Assembly (NCBI GenBank): GCA_033856675.1 | Contig: JAWVEN010000032.1 | Location: forward strand, 41,081 to 105,080 | Direction: 5' to 3' | From: Gaiellales bacterium | Lineage (GTDB): Bacteria > Actinomycetota > Thermoleophilia > Gaiellales > JAICJC01 | DNA length: 64,000 bases | In this document: positions 43,071 through 52,735 of the stretch, one piece after another | Position numbering within the stretch: the first letter of the stretch is position 1 | How the letters are laid out: every line of letters begins with the position of its first letter | The notes under the pieces: generated by a model | Seen by the model: only the letters and a program-made list of their open reading frames with translations | Told to the model about the DNA's origin: nothing | The model's database searches: none | Position numbers and translations under genes: made by a program

Positions 43071-44101
43071 CCCTGCACCTCCCCGGCGGTCGCAGCCACG
43101 CGCAGCGGCCGTCCGGCCGGCACCTCGTCCGCATGCACCGGGTTGTGGCAGGCACGCAGGTGGTCGGTGGCTCCCTGCTCGGGCGCCGGCGGCGGCATCA
43201 CCGTGCGACATACCTCGAGCCGCCATTCGCAGCGTGGTTCGAACGGGCATCCCTCCTGCTCGCTCAGCAGGTCGGGCGGCTGACCCGGGATGGGCACGAG
43301 CTTGCCCGCCGCGCGGTCGCTGCGGGCGACCGACCGGATCAGCCCCACGGTGTAGGGGTGCCGCGGGGAGTGAAACAGCGCCGGCGTGGTCGCCGTCTCG
43401 ACGATCCTGCCGGCGTACATCACGTTCACCCGTTCGGTCATGGCCGCCACGACGCCGAGGTCGTGCGTGATCAGGATCAACGCGGTGCCGGAGTCGCGTG
43501 TCAGCTCGCGCAACACCTCGAGCACCTGCGCCTGGATGGTCACGTCCAGCGCGGTGGTCGGCTCGTCTGCGATCAGCAGCTTGGGGCGGAGGGCAAGCGC
43601 GACGGCGATCATCACGCGCTGGCACAGACCGCCGCTCAGCCGGTGCGGATAGCTGCCCATCACGCGCCGTGGATCGGGCACACCGACGCGGTCGAGCAGA
43701 TCCTCGGCCCGCCGGGCCGCCGCCGAGCGGCCGATGCGCTCGTGGGCGACCAGCGCCTCTGTGATCTGCTTGCCGATCTTGACAACGGGGTTCAGGCTCG
43801 TCGTCGGGTTCTGGAACACCATCGCGAGGTCGCTGCCGCGACGGCGGCGCATCTCCTTCTTGCTCAGGCGGAGCAGCTCCTCACCGTCGAACATCAGCCT
43901 GCCCGCGGTGACCTCCGTCTTGCGTCCCGGCAGCATCCCCATCACCGCGAGACTGGTGACGCTCTTGCCCGACCCGGATTCACCCACCACGCCGATCGTC
44001 TGACCGGCGTCGACGTCGAAGCTGACGCCGTTCACGGCCGAGACAGGTCCCGCACGGGTGTGGAAGCGGACGACGAGGTCCTCGACCTCGAGCAGCGCCA
44101 T
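43067..44101 (-). CDS. ABC transporter ATP-binding protein (DppD/OppD type)
   Basis: GESGSGKSV, LSGGLCQRV, LIADEPTTALD. Confidence 0.9.
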   Translation of the reverse strand: MALLEVEDLVVRFHTRAGPVSAVNGVSFDVDAGQTIGVVGESGSGKSVTSLAVMGMLPGRKTEVTAGRLMFDGEELLRLSKKEMRRRRGSDLAMVFQNPTTSLNPVVKIGKQITEALVAHERIGRSAAARRAEDLLDRVGVPDPRRVMGSYPHRLSGGLCQRVMIAVALALRPKLLIADEPTTALDVTIQAQVLEVLRELTRDSGTALILITHDLGVVAAMTERVNVMYAGRIVETATTPALFHSPRHPYTVGLIRSVARSDRAAGKLVPIPGQPPDLLSEQEGCPFEPRCEWRLEVCRTVMPPPAPEQGATDHLRACHNPVHADEVPAGRPLRVAATAGEVQG

Positions 44102-44730
44102 CAGTCGTCCCCCGGCGCGGGCGGCGCCTGAAGCGCTCTTGCAGCCACCTCATCCGACAGGCCCAGCGTCGAGAGCACGGCGACGTAGCTGCGCCGAGCC
44201 TCGCTCCAGTCCCCAGTGAGCAGAGCTCGCAGGCCGAGCCCGTCGCCAAGCCGGCTGAGGATCAGCGCCTGCTGCTCGACCGGCACCGGGCTTCTGACAA
44301 GACCGGCGTTCTGCCACAGTGCCAGAGCAGAAGTGGCGTTCGCCTCCCAGCGCCGGTCGACCTCGACGAGGAGGTCCGCCAGCTCGCGATCGCCGACAGC
44401 CGTGACGCAGAAGTTGAGCCACAGCCTCCACTCGCCATGCTGCTCCGGGAAATGGGGCACGGCGAACGACACGAACCGGCAGAGGTGCTCCTCTGGATCG
44501 GCGGTCTCGCCGAGCTCTCGCTCGACGCGGTCGAGCCAGCTGTGCAGCGTCCACTCGAAGCATGCGGCGATCAGCTCCCGCTTGTCTGTGAAGTAGTGGC
44601 TCAGAACGCCGGTGGTGAACCCGCCCTCACGGGCGATGCGACGCAGCGAAGTCGCGTCCAGCCCGTCGCGCATGACGACCTGCCGCGCATGGCGGAGTAC
44701 CTCCTCGCGGCGACCGGAGTGGGCTTCCAT
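44101..44730 (-). CDS. TetR/AcrR family transcriptional regulator
   Basis: ..VLRHARQVVMRDGLDATSLRRIAREGGFTTGVLSHYFTDKRELI.. Stop shares 1 nt with the next start (TGATG). Confidence 0.85.
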   Translation of the reverse strand: MEAHSGRREEVLRHARQVVMRDGLDATSLRRIAREGGFTTGVLSHYFTDKRELIAACFEWTLHSWLDRVERELGETADPEEHLCRFVSFAVPHFPEQHGEWRLWLNFCVTAVGDRELADLLVEVDRRWEANATSALALWQNAGLVRSPVPVEQQALILSRLGDGLGLRALLTGDWSEARRSYVAVLSTLGLSDEVAARALQAPPAPGDD

Positions 44731-44735
44731 GGACG

Positions 44736-45740
44736 TCAAGCAGCACCCGGCCGCTCGAGCAGGAGCTTGCCGACATGCTCGCGCCGGTCCATGACAGCGT
44801 GGGCGGCGCCGGCATCGGGCAACGGGTACGTGCTCGCGATCGGCACACGCAGGCGCCCATCGAGGACGAGGTCGATCGCTTCGCGCAGCTCCGCATCGCT
44901 CGCGAAGCCGAAGCCGATGATGCGATGGCCGTGCTGGAACAGGCGGACGATGTCCAGCGGAACCACTTCGCCGGCGTGCGCGCCGCACGTGACCAGCCGG
45001 CCGTCGAGCCGAAGGGAGGCCAGGTGCTTCGAGAACTGTGGTCCGCCGACGGTGTCGAGCACGCAGTCGACACCGCGCCCGCCGGTCGCCTCCAACGCCA
45101 CGTCCGAAACCGAGGTCGTGGCATGGCAGGCGACAACGTCTGCGCCGAGATCCGCCACCGGCGCGACCTTGTCTTCGGACCCGACGGTCGCGATCACCCG
45201 CGCGCCGAGCAACTTCGCCGCTCCGACGAGCACGCTGCCGACGCCTCCGGAGGCGGAGGGAACGAGCACCGTCTCGCCGGGCTCGAGACGGGCGAGCGTG
45301 GATGCCATCCGCCAAGCCGTCGCAGCAACCGTCTGCGCCGCCGCGGCGAGCGGGATGTCGTCGCGGGACCGGAGCGGAATCACGGCGTGCGCCGGAACGA
45401 CCACCCGCTCGGCGTACCCGCCCCAGCGGTCGATGCCGAACTGGACGAAGTCGCCGTTGCCTGACGGGTAGTACTGGACGGCGGTGACGGGATCGCCGGT
45501 GGAGAGGCCGGTCACGTCGCGGCCGATCTCCGAGATGAGCCCTGCGAACTCGCCGCCGAGCACCATCGGGAAGTCAAACTCCCAACGCGACGTGCCCGCG
45601 CGCGAGTCGAGGTCGCAGTGATTGACACCGCAGGCATGAACGTCGATCACGACGTCACCGGGCCCGGCAACGGGATCCGGCACCTCTTCCCACCGCAGCA
45701 CCTCAGGGCCGCCGTACTCCCGGAAGACCGTTGCGCGCAC
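44736..45740 (-). CDS. zinc-type/MDR-family alcohol dehydrogenase / quinone oxidoreductase
   Basis: ..VIDVHACGVNHCD.., GGEFAG.., ..VLVPSASGGVGS.. (Rossmann motif). Confidence 0.9.
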   Translation of the reverse strand: MRATVFREYGGPEVLRWEEVPDPVAGPGDVVIDVHACGVNHCDLDSRAGTSRWEFDFPMVLGGEFAGLISEIGRDVTGLSTGDPVTAVQYYPSGNGDFVQFGIDRWGGYAERVVVPAHAVIPLRSRDDIPLAAAAQTVAATAWRMASTLARLEPGETVLVPSASGGVGSVLVGAAKLLGARVIATVGSEDKVAPVADLGADVVACHATTSVSDVALEATGGRGVDCVLDTVGGPQFSKHLASLRLDGRLVTCGAHAGEVVPLDIVRLFQHGHRIIGFGFASDAELREAIDLVLDGRLRVPIASTYPLPDAGAAHAVMDRREHVGKLLLERPGAA

Positions 45741-45771
45741 TCACCCTCGTCTCGACAACAACTGTTGTGAC

Positions 45772-46218
45772 GTGAAGGTACAGACGGCTCCGCAGAACTG
45801 TCAAACGGGACCCGTTCCAAGCGGATCCGACCGCACGCGCTGCGACACTCGCTGGGTGCAGCTGATCCGCGAGGAGTTCAACCGCGTCTGGCAGTGGGAG
45901 GAGCGGCACCGCCGTCTGGTGGCTCGCCTGGTTCTGGTCGTAATTGCCACTGTCGTCATCGACGTGGCGGGGTGGCTCTTGATGTACCAGCTCGAGCGCG
46001 GAGTCGCAGGCAGCGACATCCACACGCTCTACGAGGCGTGGTTCTTCACGACCACGCAGCTCCTCACGGTCTCGTCGCAGATGCAGAATCCGGTGACCAA
46101 CGCCGGTCGCGCGCTCGACGTCGCCCTGGAGCTGTGGGCGGTGGTGGTCGTCGCCGGGTCGGCCGGTGCGTTCGCAAGCTTCTTCCGGACGTCTGATCGA
46201 AACCATCCGGAGGGCTGA
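45772..46218 (+). CDS. small 2-TM ion-channel-like protein with a degenerate pore signature
   Basis: TM1 LVARLVLVVIATVVIDVAGWLLMY, pore-helix-like YEAWFFTTTQLLTVSSQMQNP (no GYG), TM2 ALDVALELWAVVVVAGSAGAF. GTG start, uncertain. Confidence 0.5.
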   Translation: MKVQTAPQNCQTGPVPSGSDRTRCDTRWVQLIREEFNRVWQWEERHRRLVARLVLVVIATVVIDVAGWLLMYQLERGVAGSDIHTLYEAWFFTTTQLLTVSSQMQNPVTNAGRALDVALELWAVVVVAGSAGAFASFFRTSDRNHPEG

Positions 46219-46267
46219 GCCGGCCGGGCACCCACCGCGCGGGACGTGACAACGGTCACGCGGTGCG

Positions 46268-47947
46268 ATGTACTCCCCGGCGATGGAGACGCTCCGAACC
46301 GCTCTCGCCGTCTTTCGGCTGGCAGCGCAAAACCGGCAACTGGTGCGAGTCGGCCTCTCGTTCGCGGCGTTCTGCGCCGTGCAGACGGGCGTCTGGCTGG
46401 CATTGCTCGTGTACGCGTACCGCGTGGGCGGGGCAGGCGCGGCCAGCGCCATCGCCCTCGTCCAGCTGCTGCCGGGCGTGGTGCTGTCGCCCTTCCTGGC
46501 GTCGTTGGCCGACCGATGGCGGCCGGCACGGGTGCTGGCGGGCGGCTACCTCGCGCTGGCGGCATCGGCGAGTGTGCTCGCGCTCGTGATGGCGCTGGAC
46601 GGCCCGGCCGCGCTCGTCTTCGCGCTCGCGCCCATCGTCAACCTCGCGCTCTGCATCCCGCGCCCGGCGCAGGCAACGACGCTCCCCGGAGTGGTCCAGT
46701 CCCCCGAGGAGCTGGCAGCGGCGAACGGCGCCCAGGGGTGGATCGAGAGCTTCAGCATGATCGGCGCGCCGCTGCTGGTGGCCCTGCTCCTCTCGCTCGA
46801 CGGCCCAGCGGTCGCTGTGGGTGCGATGGCCGTGCTGGCCCTCGGCGCCGCCGTCTGCGTCCTGCCGGTCGAGGGCCCGCGCGTCTTCGGCCACGACCGT
46901 GGCGCAGCCCCCGGTGTGCGAGCCGTCGTGGCGGCGAGTGCACGCGTTGTCGCCTCAAACCGCGCGGTGCTGCTGCTCCTCTTGGTCATGGCCGCGCAGT
47001 ACGCCATCGTCGGGGCGCTCGACCTGCTCTTCGTCGTGCTGGCCATCAACGAGCTAGGGATGGGCCAGGCGGGGGCGGGCTACCTGACCGCCGCGTTCGG
47101 CGCGGGTGGGCTGGCCGCGGCCGTTGTCACCGCTGCCTTGATCGGGAGGCGCCGTCTGGCGCCCGCGCTGATCGGCGGCGCCGCCCTGGCGTCGGTCGCG
47201 CTGGTCGCCCTCGCCGCCCTGCCGCCCGTAGGCGGCGCCTTTCTGCTCGTCGCCGCCGCGGGCCTGGGCCGAACCGTGCTCGACGTCACCGGGCGCACAC
47301 TGCTGCAGCGCACATCCCCGCCAACGGTGCTGGCCGGCGTATTCGGCATCCTCGAGTCGCTGCTGAATGCCGGCCTGGCGCTGGGATCCGTGCTCGTCCC
47401 GCTGCTGATCTGGCTTGGCGGGGTGCAGGTCGCGTTGATCGGTACCGCCGGTCTGCTCGTGATCCTGCTGGTCATCACGGGACGGCAGCTCTGGATCGTC
47501 GACTCCCAGGCCGACGTCCCGCTGACCGAGATCTACCTGCTCCGCTCCATCCCCTTGTTCGCCGGGCTGCCCGCACCCGCCGTGGAGACGCTCGCGCGGT
47601 CGCTGGAGCGCGTGCAGGTTCCCGGCGGCTCGGTGCTGATCCGCCAGGGCGATCCGGGTGACCGGTACTACGCCATCGGGCGTGGCGCGCTGACGGTGTT
47701 CCGGGACGGGCGCGAGGTTGCGACGCTGTCACGCGGCGACGGGGTGGGCGAGATCGCGCTGCTGCGAGACACCCCGCGAACGGCGACCGTGGTGGCGGGC
47801 GCGGACGCGGAAGTCTATGCCCTCGAGCGAGAGCTGTTCCTGCTCGCGGTGACGGGGCACCCGGGCGCTGCTCGCTCGGCGAACGCCGTCGTCGACGAGC
47901 GGCTCGCCGATCTGGAGCGCCGGGGCACGGCGGCGCACCCCGGCTAG
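46268..47947 (+). CDS. MFS transporter fused to a C-terminal cyclic-nucleotide-binding domain
   Basis: About 12 TM helices, then LRSIPLFAGLPAPAVETLA..V.VPGGSVLIRQGDPGDRYYAI..G......DG......L..GD.VGEIALLRDTPRTATV (cNMP-binding fold). Confidence 0.85.
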   Translation: MYSPAMETLRTALAVFRLAAQNRQLVRVGLSFAAFCAVQTGVWLALLVYAYRVGGAGAASAIALVQLLPGVVLSPFLASLADRWRPARVLAGGYLALAASASVLALVMALDGPAALVFALAPIVNLALCIPRPAQATTLPGVVQSPEELAAANGAQGWIESFSMIGAPLLVALLLSLDGPAVAVGAMAVLALGAAVCVLPVEGPRVFGHDRGAAPGVRAVVAASARVVASNRAVLLLLLVMAAQYAIVGALDLLFVVLAINELGMGQAGAGYLTAAFGAGGLAAAVVTAALIGRRRLAPALIGGAALASVALVALAALPPVGGAFLLVAAAGLGRTVLDVTGRTLLQRTSPPTVLAGVFGILESLLNAGLALGSVLVPLLIWLGGVQVALIGTAGLLVILLVITGRQLWIVDSQADVPLTEIYLLRSIPLFAGLPAPAVETLARSLERVQVPGGSVLIRQGDPGDRYYAIGRGALTVFRDGREVATLSRGDGVGEIALLRDTPRTATVVAGADAEVYALERELFLLAVTGHPGAARSANAVVDERLADLERRGTAAHPG

Positions 47948-49242
47948 CGCCCGGGGGCGATGCCGGGTGGGAGCGCCCCGGCGTGCGCGTCGATCAGGTC
48001 GTCCACGAGAGCGGCGATCGCTTCGGGTTGCAGCGTTGCGGAGGCGTTGGGATCGAGCAGCGCCGCGTGGTGGACGTGCGCAGGTGAGCCCTCGAGCGCA
48101 GCGCGCACCGTCAGCTCGCACACGTTGAGGAACGTGCGGTTGAGCGCCGCCAGTTGCGGCGGCAACTCGCCGACCACAGTCGGTCGGATGCCGGCGCCGT
48201 CGACCAGGCACGGCACCTCGACGCATGCACCGTCCGGCAGGTTGGCGATCAGCGAATCGTTGCGCACGTTGCCGTAGACGACACTCGGCTCGCCGGTCAC
48301 CATAGAGTGCACGATCGTCGCGGCGTACTCGAGGCTCCGCTCGATCTCGAACCCGCCGCCGTCGGCCAGCGTCCGGCGCATCTGCTCGTACTCCTCGAGG
48401 TTCTCCTCGCTGCGCCTTACGTACTCGTCGACGGGCACACGGAAGCGCTCGATCATCTCGTCGTCGCGAAGGAACCAGGGCAGGTATTCGGCCGAGTGCT
48501 CGCTCGACTCCGTCGGGAAGTAGCCGAAGCGCCGGTACAGCTCGACGCGTACCCGGCGGCGCAGGTCGGGGTCGCGTTCGATCGCGCGGTCGAGCAGCGG
48601 GTAGAGATCCTCGCCGTGGCGCTCGAAGCGGAGGATCCAGGCTTGGTGGTTCACCCCGGCACCGAGGTAGGTCACCTCCTCGAAGGGGACGCCGAGCAGC
48701 TCGGCGAGCCCGCGGGTGGTGTGCTGCACCGAGTGGCAGAGGCCCACCACACGCTGCACCGGACTGCCGGCGTACGTGGCCCAGCACAGCGTCGCCATCG
48801 GGTTCGTGTAGTTCAGCAGCCACGCATCCGGGCACGCGTCGGCCATGTCGGCCGCGATGTCCCACATCACCGGGATCGTGCGCAGCGCCCGGAAGATGCC
48901 GCCGATGCCCAGCGTGTCGCCGATGGTCTGGCGCAGGCCGTGGCGCCGCGGGATGTCGAAATCGGCCAGCGTCGCCTCGTGACCGCCGACCTGAATCATG
49001 TTGATCACGAAGTCGCAGCCCTCGAGGGCGGAACGGCGGTCGAGCGTCGCGGAGATGGCCGCACCGGCGCCCAGCTCGCGGTTCGTCCACCGGGCCATCC
49101 GCTCGGCTGTGTCGAGGCGCTCAGGGTCGATGTCGTGCAGTCGGATCGTCGCATTCGCGAGCTCGGGAAACCGGAGCAGGTCGCCGAGCAGGTTCTTGGT
49201 GAACTCGACGCTGCCGGCGCCGACGAACGCGATGTGCGTCAT
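47944..49242 (-). CDS. glycoside hydrolase family 4 (NAD/Mn-dependent alpha-galactosidase/glucosidase-like)
   Basis: MTHIAFVGAGSVEFTKNLLGDL.., ..CDFVINMIQVGG.., ..LLNYTNPM.., ..GLCHS... Confidence 0.85.
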   Translation of the reverse strand: MTHIAFVGAGSVEFTKNLLGDLLRFPELANATIRLHDIDPERLDTAERMARWTNRELGAGAAISATLDRRSALEGCDFVINMIQVGGHEATLADFDIPRRHGLRQTIGDTLGIGGIFRALRTIPVMWDIAADMADACPDAWLLNYTNPMATLCWATYAGSPVQRVVGLCHSVQHTTRGLAELLGVPFEEVTYLGAGVNHQAWILRFERHGEDLYPLLDRAIERDPDLRRRVRVELYRRFGYFPTESSEHSAEYLPWFLRDDEMIERFRVPVDEYVRRSEENLEEYEQMRRTLADGGGFEIERSLEYAATIVHSMVTGEPSVVYGNVRNDSLIANLPDGACVEVPCLVDGAGIRPTVVGELPPQLAALNRTFLNVCELTVRAALEGSPAHVHHAALLDPNASATLQPEAIAALVDDLIDAHAGALPPGIAPGR

Positions 49243-49280
49243 GCGCGAAAGTGTTTCAGATCTGATAGAAACGATCAAGA

Positions 49281-50147
49281 ATGTTCACGCCGGCCGAGCA
49301 ACGCGCCATCGATCAGCTGTCCACCGAGGGAGGCCGCCTGGGCATCCTCGCTGCCGACCAGCGCACCAGCCTCGTCGCTGCACGCACCGCCGCCGGACTG
49401 CCGGCATCCCCGGCCGATCTGACGGAGTTCAAGCTCGAGCTCGCCCGGGCGCTCGGCCCACACGCGCCCGCGATGCTGCTCGACCCGGAGGTGGCACTTC
49501 CGGCGCTGCTCGAGCGGCGAGCGGTGCCTCCACACACCGGTGTGCTCGTGTCGCTCGAGCGCAGCGGCTCGCGACGGACGGCAAACGGTCTTCGGGACAC
49601 CGAGCTCCTGGCGGGCGTCGGCGCCGCGGGCGTCCGGCGGCTCGGCGGCACCGGAGCGAAGCTGCTCGTGCGTCTCCGAGGCGACCGGGAGGGGCCCGGC
49701 GATCCGAACTGCCGGGTGATTCGCAAGGCGGCCGAGGACTGCGCCGCCCATCACCTGCTGCTGGTGGTAGAGGTGCTCGTCTACGCCCTTGACGATGAGG
49801 ATGACGACACATTCCTGCGCAAGCGGCCCGAGCTGATCCGAGAGTCGGCGCTGCTCGCCGAGGCCTGCGGCGCCCGCTACCTGAAGCTCGAGTTCCCCGG
49901 CAGCAGCAGCGACTGCAACGCGCTGACGGATGCGCTCTCGGTGCCGTGGGCACTGCTCTCAGCCGGGGTCGACCACGACACGTTCGTCGGCCAGCTGCGG
50001 GTGGCGCTCGATGCGGGCGCGTCCGGGTTCATCGCCGGACGGTCGATCTGGAAGGATGCGATCGCCCTGCCGCCGGACGAGGCTCGCCGGTTTCTGGCAG
50101 GCGAAGCCCGCCGGCGCCTCGCTGAGCTGCTCGCCGTGGCGGCGTAG
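49281..50147 (+). CDS. class I ketohexose-bisphosphate aldolase (LacD / YihT family)
   Basis: ..LGILAADQRTSL.., ..GAKLLV.., ..YLKLEFP.. (Schiff-base Lys context), ..GFIAGRSIWKD... Confidence 0.8.
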   Translation: MFTPAEQRAIDQLSTEGGRLGILAADQRTSLVAARTAAGLPASPADLTEFKLELARALGPHAPAMLLDPEVALPALLERRAVPPHTGVLVSLERSGSRRTANGLRDTELLAGVGAAGVRRLGGTGAKLLVRLRGDREGPGDPNCRVIRKAAEDCAAHHLLLVVEVLVYALDDEDDDTFLRKRPELIRESALLAEACGARYLKLEFPGSSSDCNALTDALSVPWALLSAGVDHDTFVGQLRVALDAGASGFIAGRSIWKDAIALPPDEARRFLAGEARRRLAELLAVAA

Positions 50148-50158
50148 GCTCCCCGGTC

Positions 50159-51037
50159 ATGCCCGACCTGGTCGTCCTCGGCGACTGCAATCCAGATCTG
50201 CTGCTGGCCGGCGGCGACGTGGTGCCCACGTTCGGGCAGCGCGAGCAGTTGGTGGAGCGTGCCGAGCTGACGGTGGGTGGATCGGGCGCGATCATGGCGT
50301 GCGGAGCGGCCCGCCTGGGCGTCTCAACCGCCCTGGTGGCGGCCGTCGGCGACGACCATTTGGGCCGTTTCATGCGTGAGCAACTGCAGCAGCGCGACGT
50401 CGACACGTCCCATTGCCCCACGGATCCCGCGGCCGCCACCGGCATCACCGTCGCCCTCGTGCAGGGTGACGACCGCGCCATCCTGACGATGCCGGGAGCT
50501 ATCGCGCGGCTCCGTGCCGATCAGGTCGACCGCGCAATGCTGACGGCGGCGCGCCACCTGCACGTGGCATCGTACTTCCTGCTCCACGACCTTCAGCATG
50601 GCCTGCCTGAGCTGCTAGCCGAGGCAACGCAGGCGGGTCTGATGGTCTCGCTCGATCCGCAAGAGGATCCATCCGGCGGGTGGGACAGCGGCCTTCGTGC
50701 GCTGCTTCCGGCGCTTGACGTCCTGTTCGTGAACGAAGAGGAGGAACGCGCGTTGCGTCCGGAGGGCTGCCCGCTGGTGGTGATCAAGCGCGGCCGAGGC
50801 GGAGCGGTCGCCCGTTCCGCGGACGGCGAGGTCGAGGCGGCGGCGCCGACGGTCGATTCGGTCGACGCGACCGGGGCGGGCGACAGCTTCGATGCCGGGT
50901 TCATCGCCGCCCGGCTGGCGGGGGACTCGATCGCAGACTCGCTGCGCCTGGCGTGTGCCTGCGGCGCGCTCTCCACCACCCGGCTCGGTGGCACCGCGGC
51001 CCAGCCGACGCTGGAAGAGGCACGGAGCCTGCTGTGA
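50159..51037 (+). CDS. PfkB-family carbohydrate kinase
   Basis: ..VVLGDCNPDL.., ..GGSGAIMA.., C-terminal DATGAGDSFDAGF motif. Confidence 0.85.
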   Translation: MPDLVVLGDCNPDLLLAGGDVVPTFGQREQLVERAELTVGGSGAIMACGAARLGVSTALVAAVGDDHLGRFMREQLQQRDVDTSHCPTDPAAATGITVALVQGDDRAILTMPGAIARLRADQVDRAMLTAARHLHVASYFLLHDLQHGLPELLAEATQAGLMVSLDPQEDPSGGWDSGLRALLPALDVLFVNEEEERALRPEGCPLVVIKRGRGGAVARSADGEVEAAAPTVDSVDATGAGDSFDAGFIAARLAGDSIADSLRLACACGALSTTRLGGTAAQPTLEEARSLL

Positions 51038-51912
51038 TCCTGTGCGTCGCCGCGAACCCGTCGATCGACCGCCTGTTCAGCGTGAAGGAGCTCGTGCCGG
51101 GCGAGATCCATCGGCCCGTCGAAGCGGTTCAGGTAGCCGGTGGCAAAGGCCTGAACGTCGCGCGGGCCGCCGCCGCGCTGGGAGCGGACGTGCGGGCGAT
51201 CGCGTTGCTCGGAGGTCACAGCGGGCGCTGGATCGCCGAGCAGTTCGAACAGGAGGGCGTCGACCTCGAGGCGGTGTGGACGGAGGGCGAGACCCGTACG
51301 TCGATGTCGGTCGCCGGCTCGGGCGCGGGGCTGACCGAGTTCTACGAGGACGGCCAGTCCGTGCGTCCCGAGGACTGGCAGCGCTTCGCCGACGCCGTGA
51401 CACGGCTCGCTGGAGACGCGCGGTGGATGACCCTCTCCGGCTCACTGCCCCCGGGAGCTCCTCCCACTGGATACGAGCACCTGATCCCGGCCGCGCGTAC
51501 CGCGTTCGACAGCCGGGAGAGCGGCATCGACGCCCGCCCGCACGTCGTGAAGCTGAACCGGGTCGAGGCGGGGGCGGACGGAGACCCGCTTGCCGCGGCG
51601 CACGGCCTGCAGTCCCGCTCCGGCGCGGCGGTGGTCGTCACCATGGGCGCCGCCGGTGCGGTCATGCTGACTCCGGACGCTCGCGCGCTGGAGGGGCGGC
51701 TCGATGTGACCGGTGCCTACCCGGTCGGCAGTGGAGACGCGTTCCTCGCGGGGCTCGTCGTCTCGCTGGACGACGGGGCCGGCTGGGACGACGCACTGTC
51801 GGTCGCGCTCGGCGCTGGAGCCGCGAACGCCGAGGTCGCAGGAGCCGGGCGGCTCGACGGGGAGCGCGCTCGTCGCCTCGCAGAGCAGGCCGTGGTGCGA
51901 CCGGCCGGCTGA
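51034..51912 (+). CDS. PfkB-family 1-phosphofructokinase/tagatose-6-phosphate kinase-like kinase
   Basis: VILCVAANPSIDRLF....L.PGEIHR......VAGGKGLNVARA.. and PVGSGDAFLAG. GTGA overlap with the upstream kinase gene. Confidence 0.85.
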   Translation: MILCVAANPSIDRLFSVKELVPGEIHRPVEAVQVAGGKGLNVARAAAALGADVRAIALLGGHSGRWIAEQFEQEGVDLEAVWTEGETRTSMSVAGSGAGLTEFYEDGQSVRPEDWQRFADAVTRLAGDARWMTLSGSLPPGAPPTGYEHLIPAARTAFDSRESGIDARPHVVKLNRVEAGADGDPLAAAHGLQSRSGAAVVVTMGAAGAVMLTPDARALEGRLDVTGAYPVGSGDAFLAGLVVSLDDGAGWDDALSVALGAGAANAEVAGAGRLDGERARRLAEQAVVRPAG

Positions 51913-51913
51913 C

Positions 51914-52735
51914 TCAGCCCTTCAGCCCTCCCTCGGCAAGCGAGCGCACGAACCACCGCTGCGCTACGACGAACACGATCAACATCGGCGCGAGCGCCAT
52001 GACGTTGCCGGCGGCGAGCAGCGTCCACTTGACCTGGTGTGCGCCCTGGAAGTTCGAGAGGCCGAGCTGCACCGTCGCGTTGTCTGCCGAGGTGATCACG
52101 ATCAGCGGCCAGAGGAAGTCGTTCCATGTCCACAGGAACGTCACGATGGCGAGCGTTGCCAGGGCCGGAACAGACAGCGGCAACACGATCCGGACGAGGA
52201 CGCCCAGCCGTGAGCAGCCGTCGATCTTCGCCGCCTCCTCCAGCTCGATCGGCAGTGTGCGGAAGAACTGGCGCAGGAGGAAGATGCCGAACGGTGTCAC
52301 CAGGTTGGGAGCGATCAGTGCGCCCAGGCTGTCGACGAGGTGCAGGTGCTGCACGATCAGGAACGTGGGGATCATGATCACCTGGAAGGGCACCATCACG
52401 GTCGCAAGCAGCACGACGAAGAGCACTCCGCCGCCGATGAACCGCATCCGCGCGAATGCGTAGCCGGCAAGGCTGCAGAAGACCAGGTTGCCACCCACCG
52501 CGGCGAGCGTGACGATGGCGCTGTTCAGGAAGTAGCGGCCGAACGGCGCTTCGTCGAGCGCGTCGGGATAGTTCTGCCAGTGGAAGCCCGACGGCACGAG
52601 CTTGGGCGGGAAGTGGCGCGCTTCGGGCAGCGTTTCGATCGACGTCACCAGCATCCACACCAGCGGGAGCAGCATCAGCGCGGCGAGGGGCGCAAGCACC
52701 AGGTGCCGAGGACTGAACGGCAGCCGCACTCTCAT
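51914..52735 (-). CDS. carbohydrate ABC transporter permease (MalG-like)
   Basis: 6-TM profile with EAA loop LEEAAKIDGCSRLGVLVRIVLP. ATGA overlap with the upstream permease gene. Confidence 0.9.
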   Translation of the reverse strand: MRVRLPFSPRHLVLAPLAALMLLPLVWMLVTSIETLPEARHFPPKLVPSGFHWQNYPDALDEAPFGRYFLNSAIVTLAAVGGNLVFCSLAGYAFARMRFIGGGVLFVVLLATVMVPFQVIMIPTFLIVQHLHLVDSLGALIAPNLVTPFGIFLLRQFFRTLPIELEEAAKIDGCSRLGVLVRIVLPLSVPALATLAIVTFLWTWNDFLWPLIVITSADNATVQLGLSNFQGAHQVKWTLLAAGNVMALAPMLIVFVVAQRWFVRSLAEGGLKG

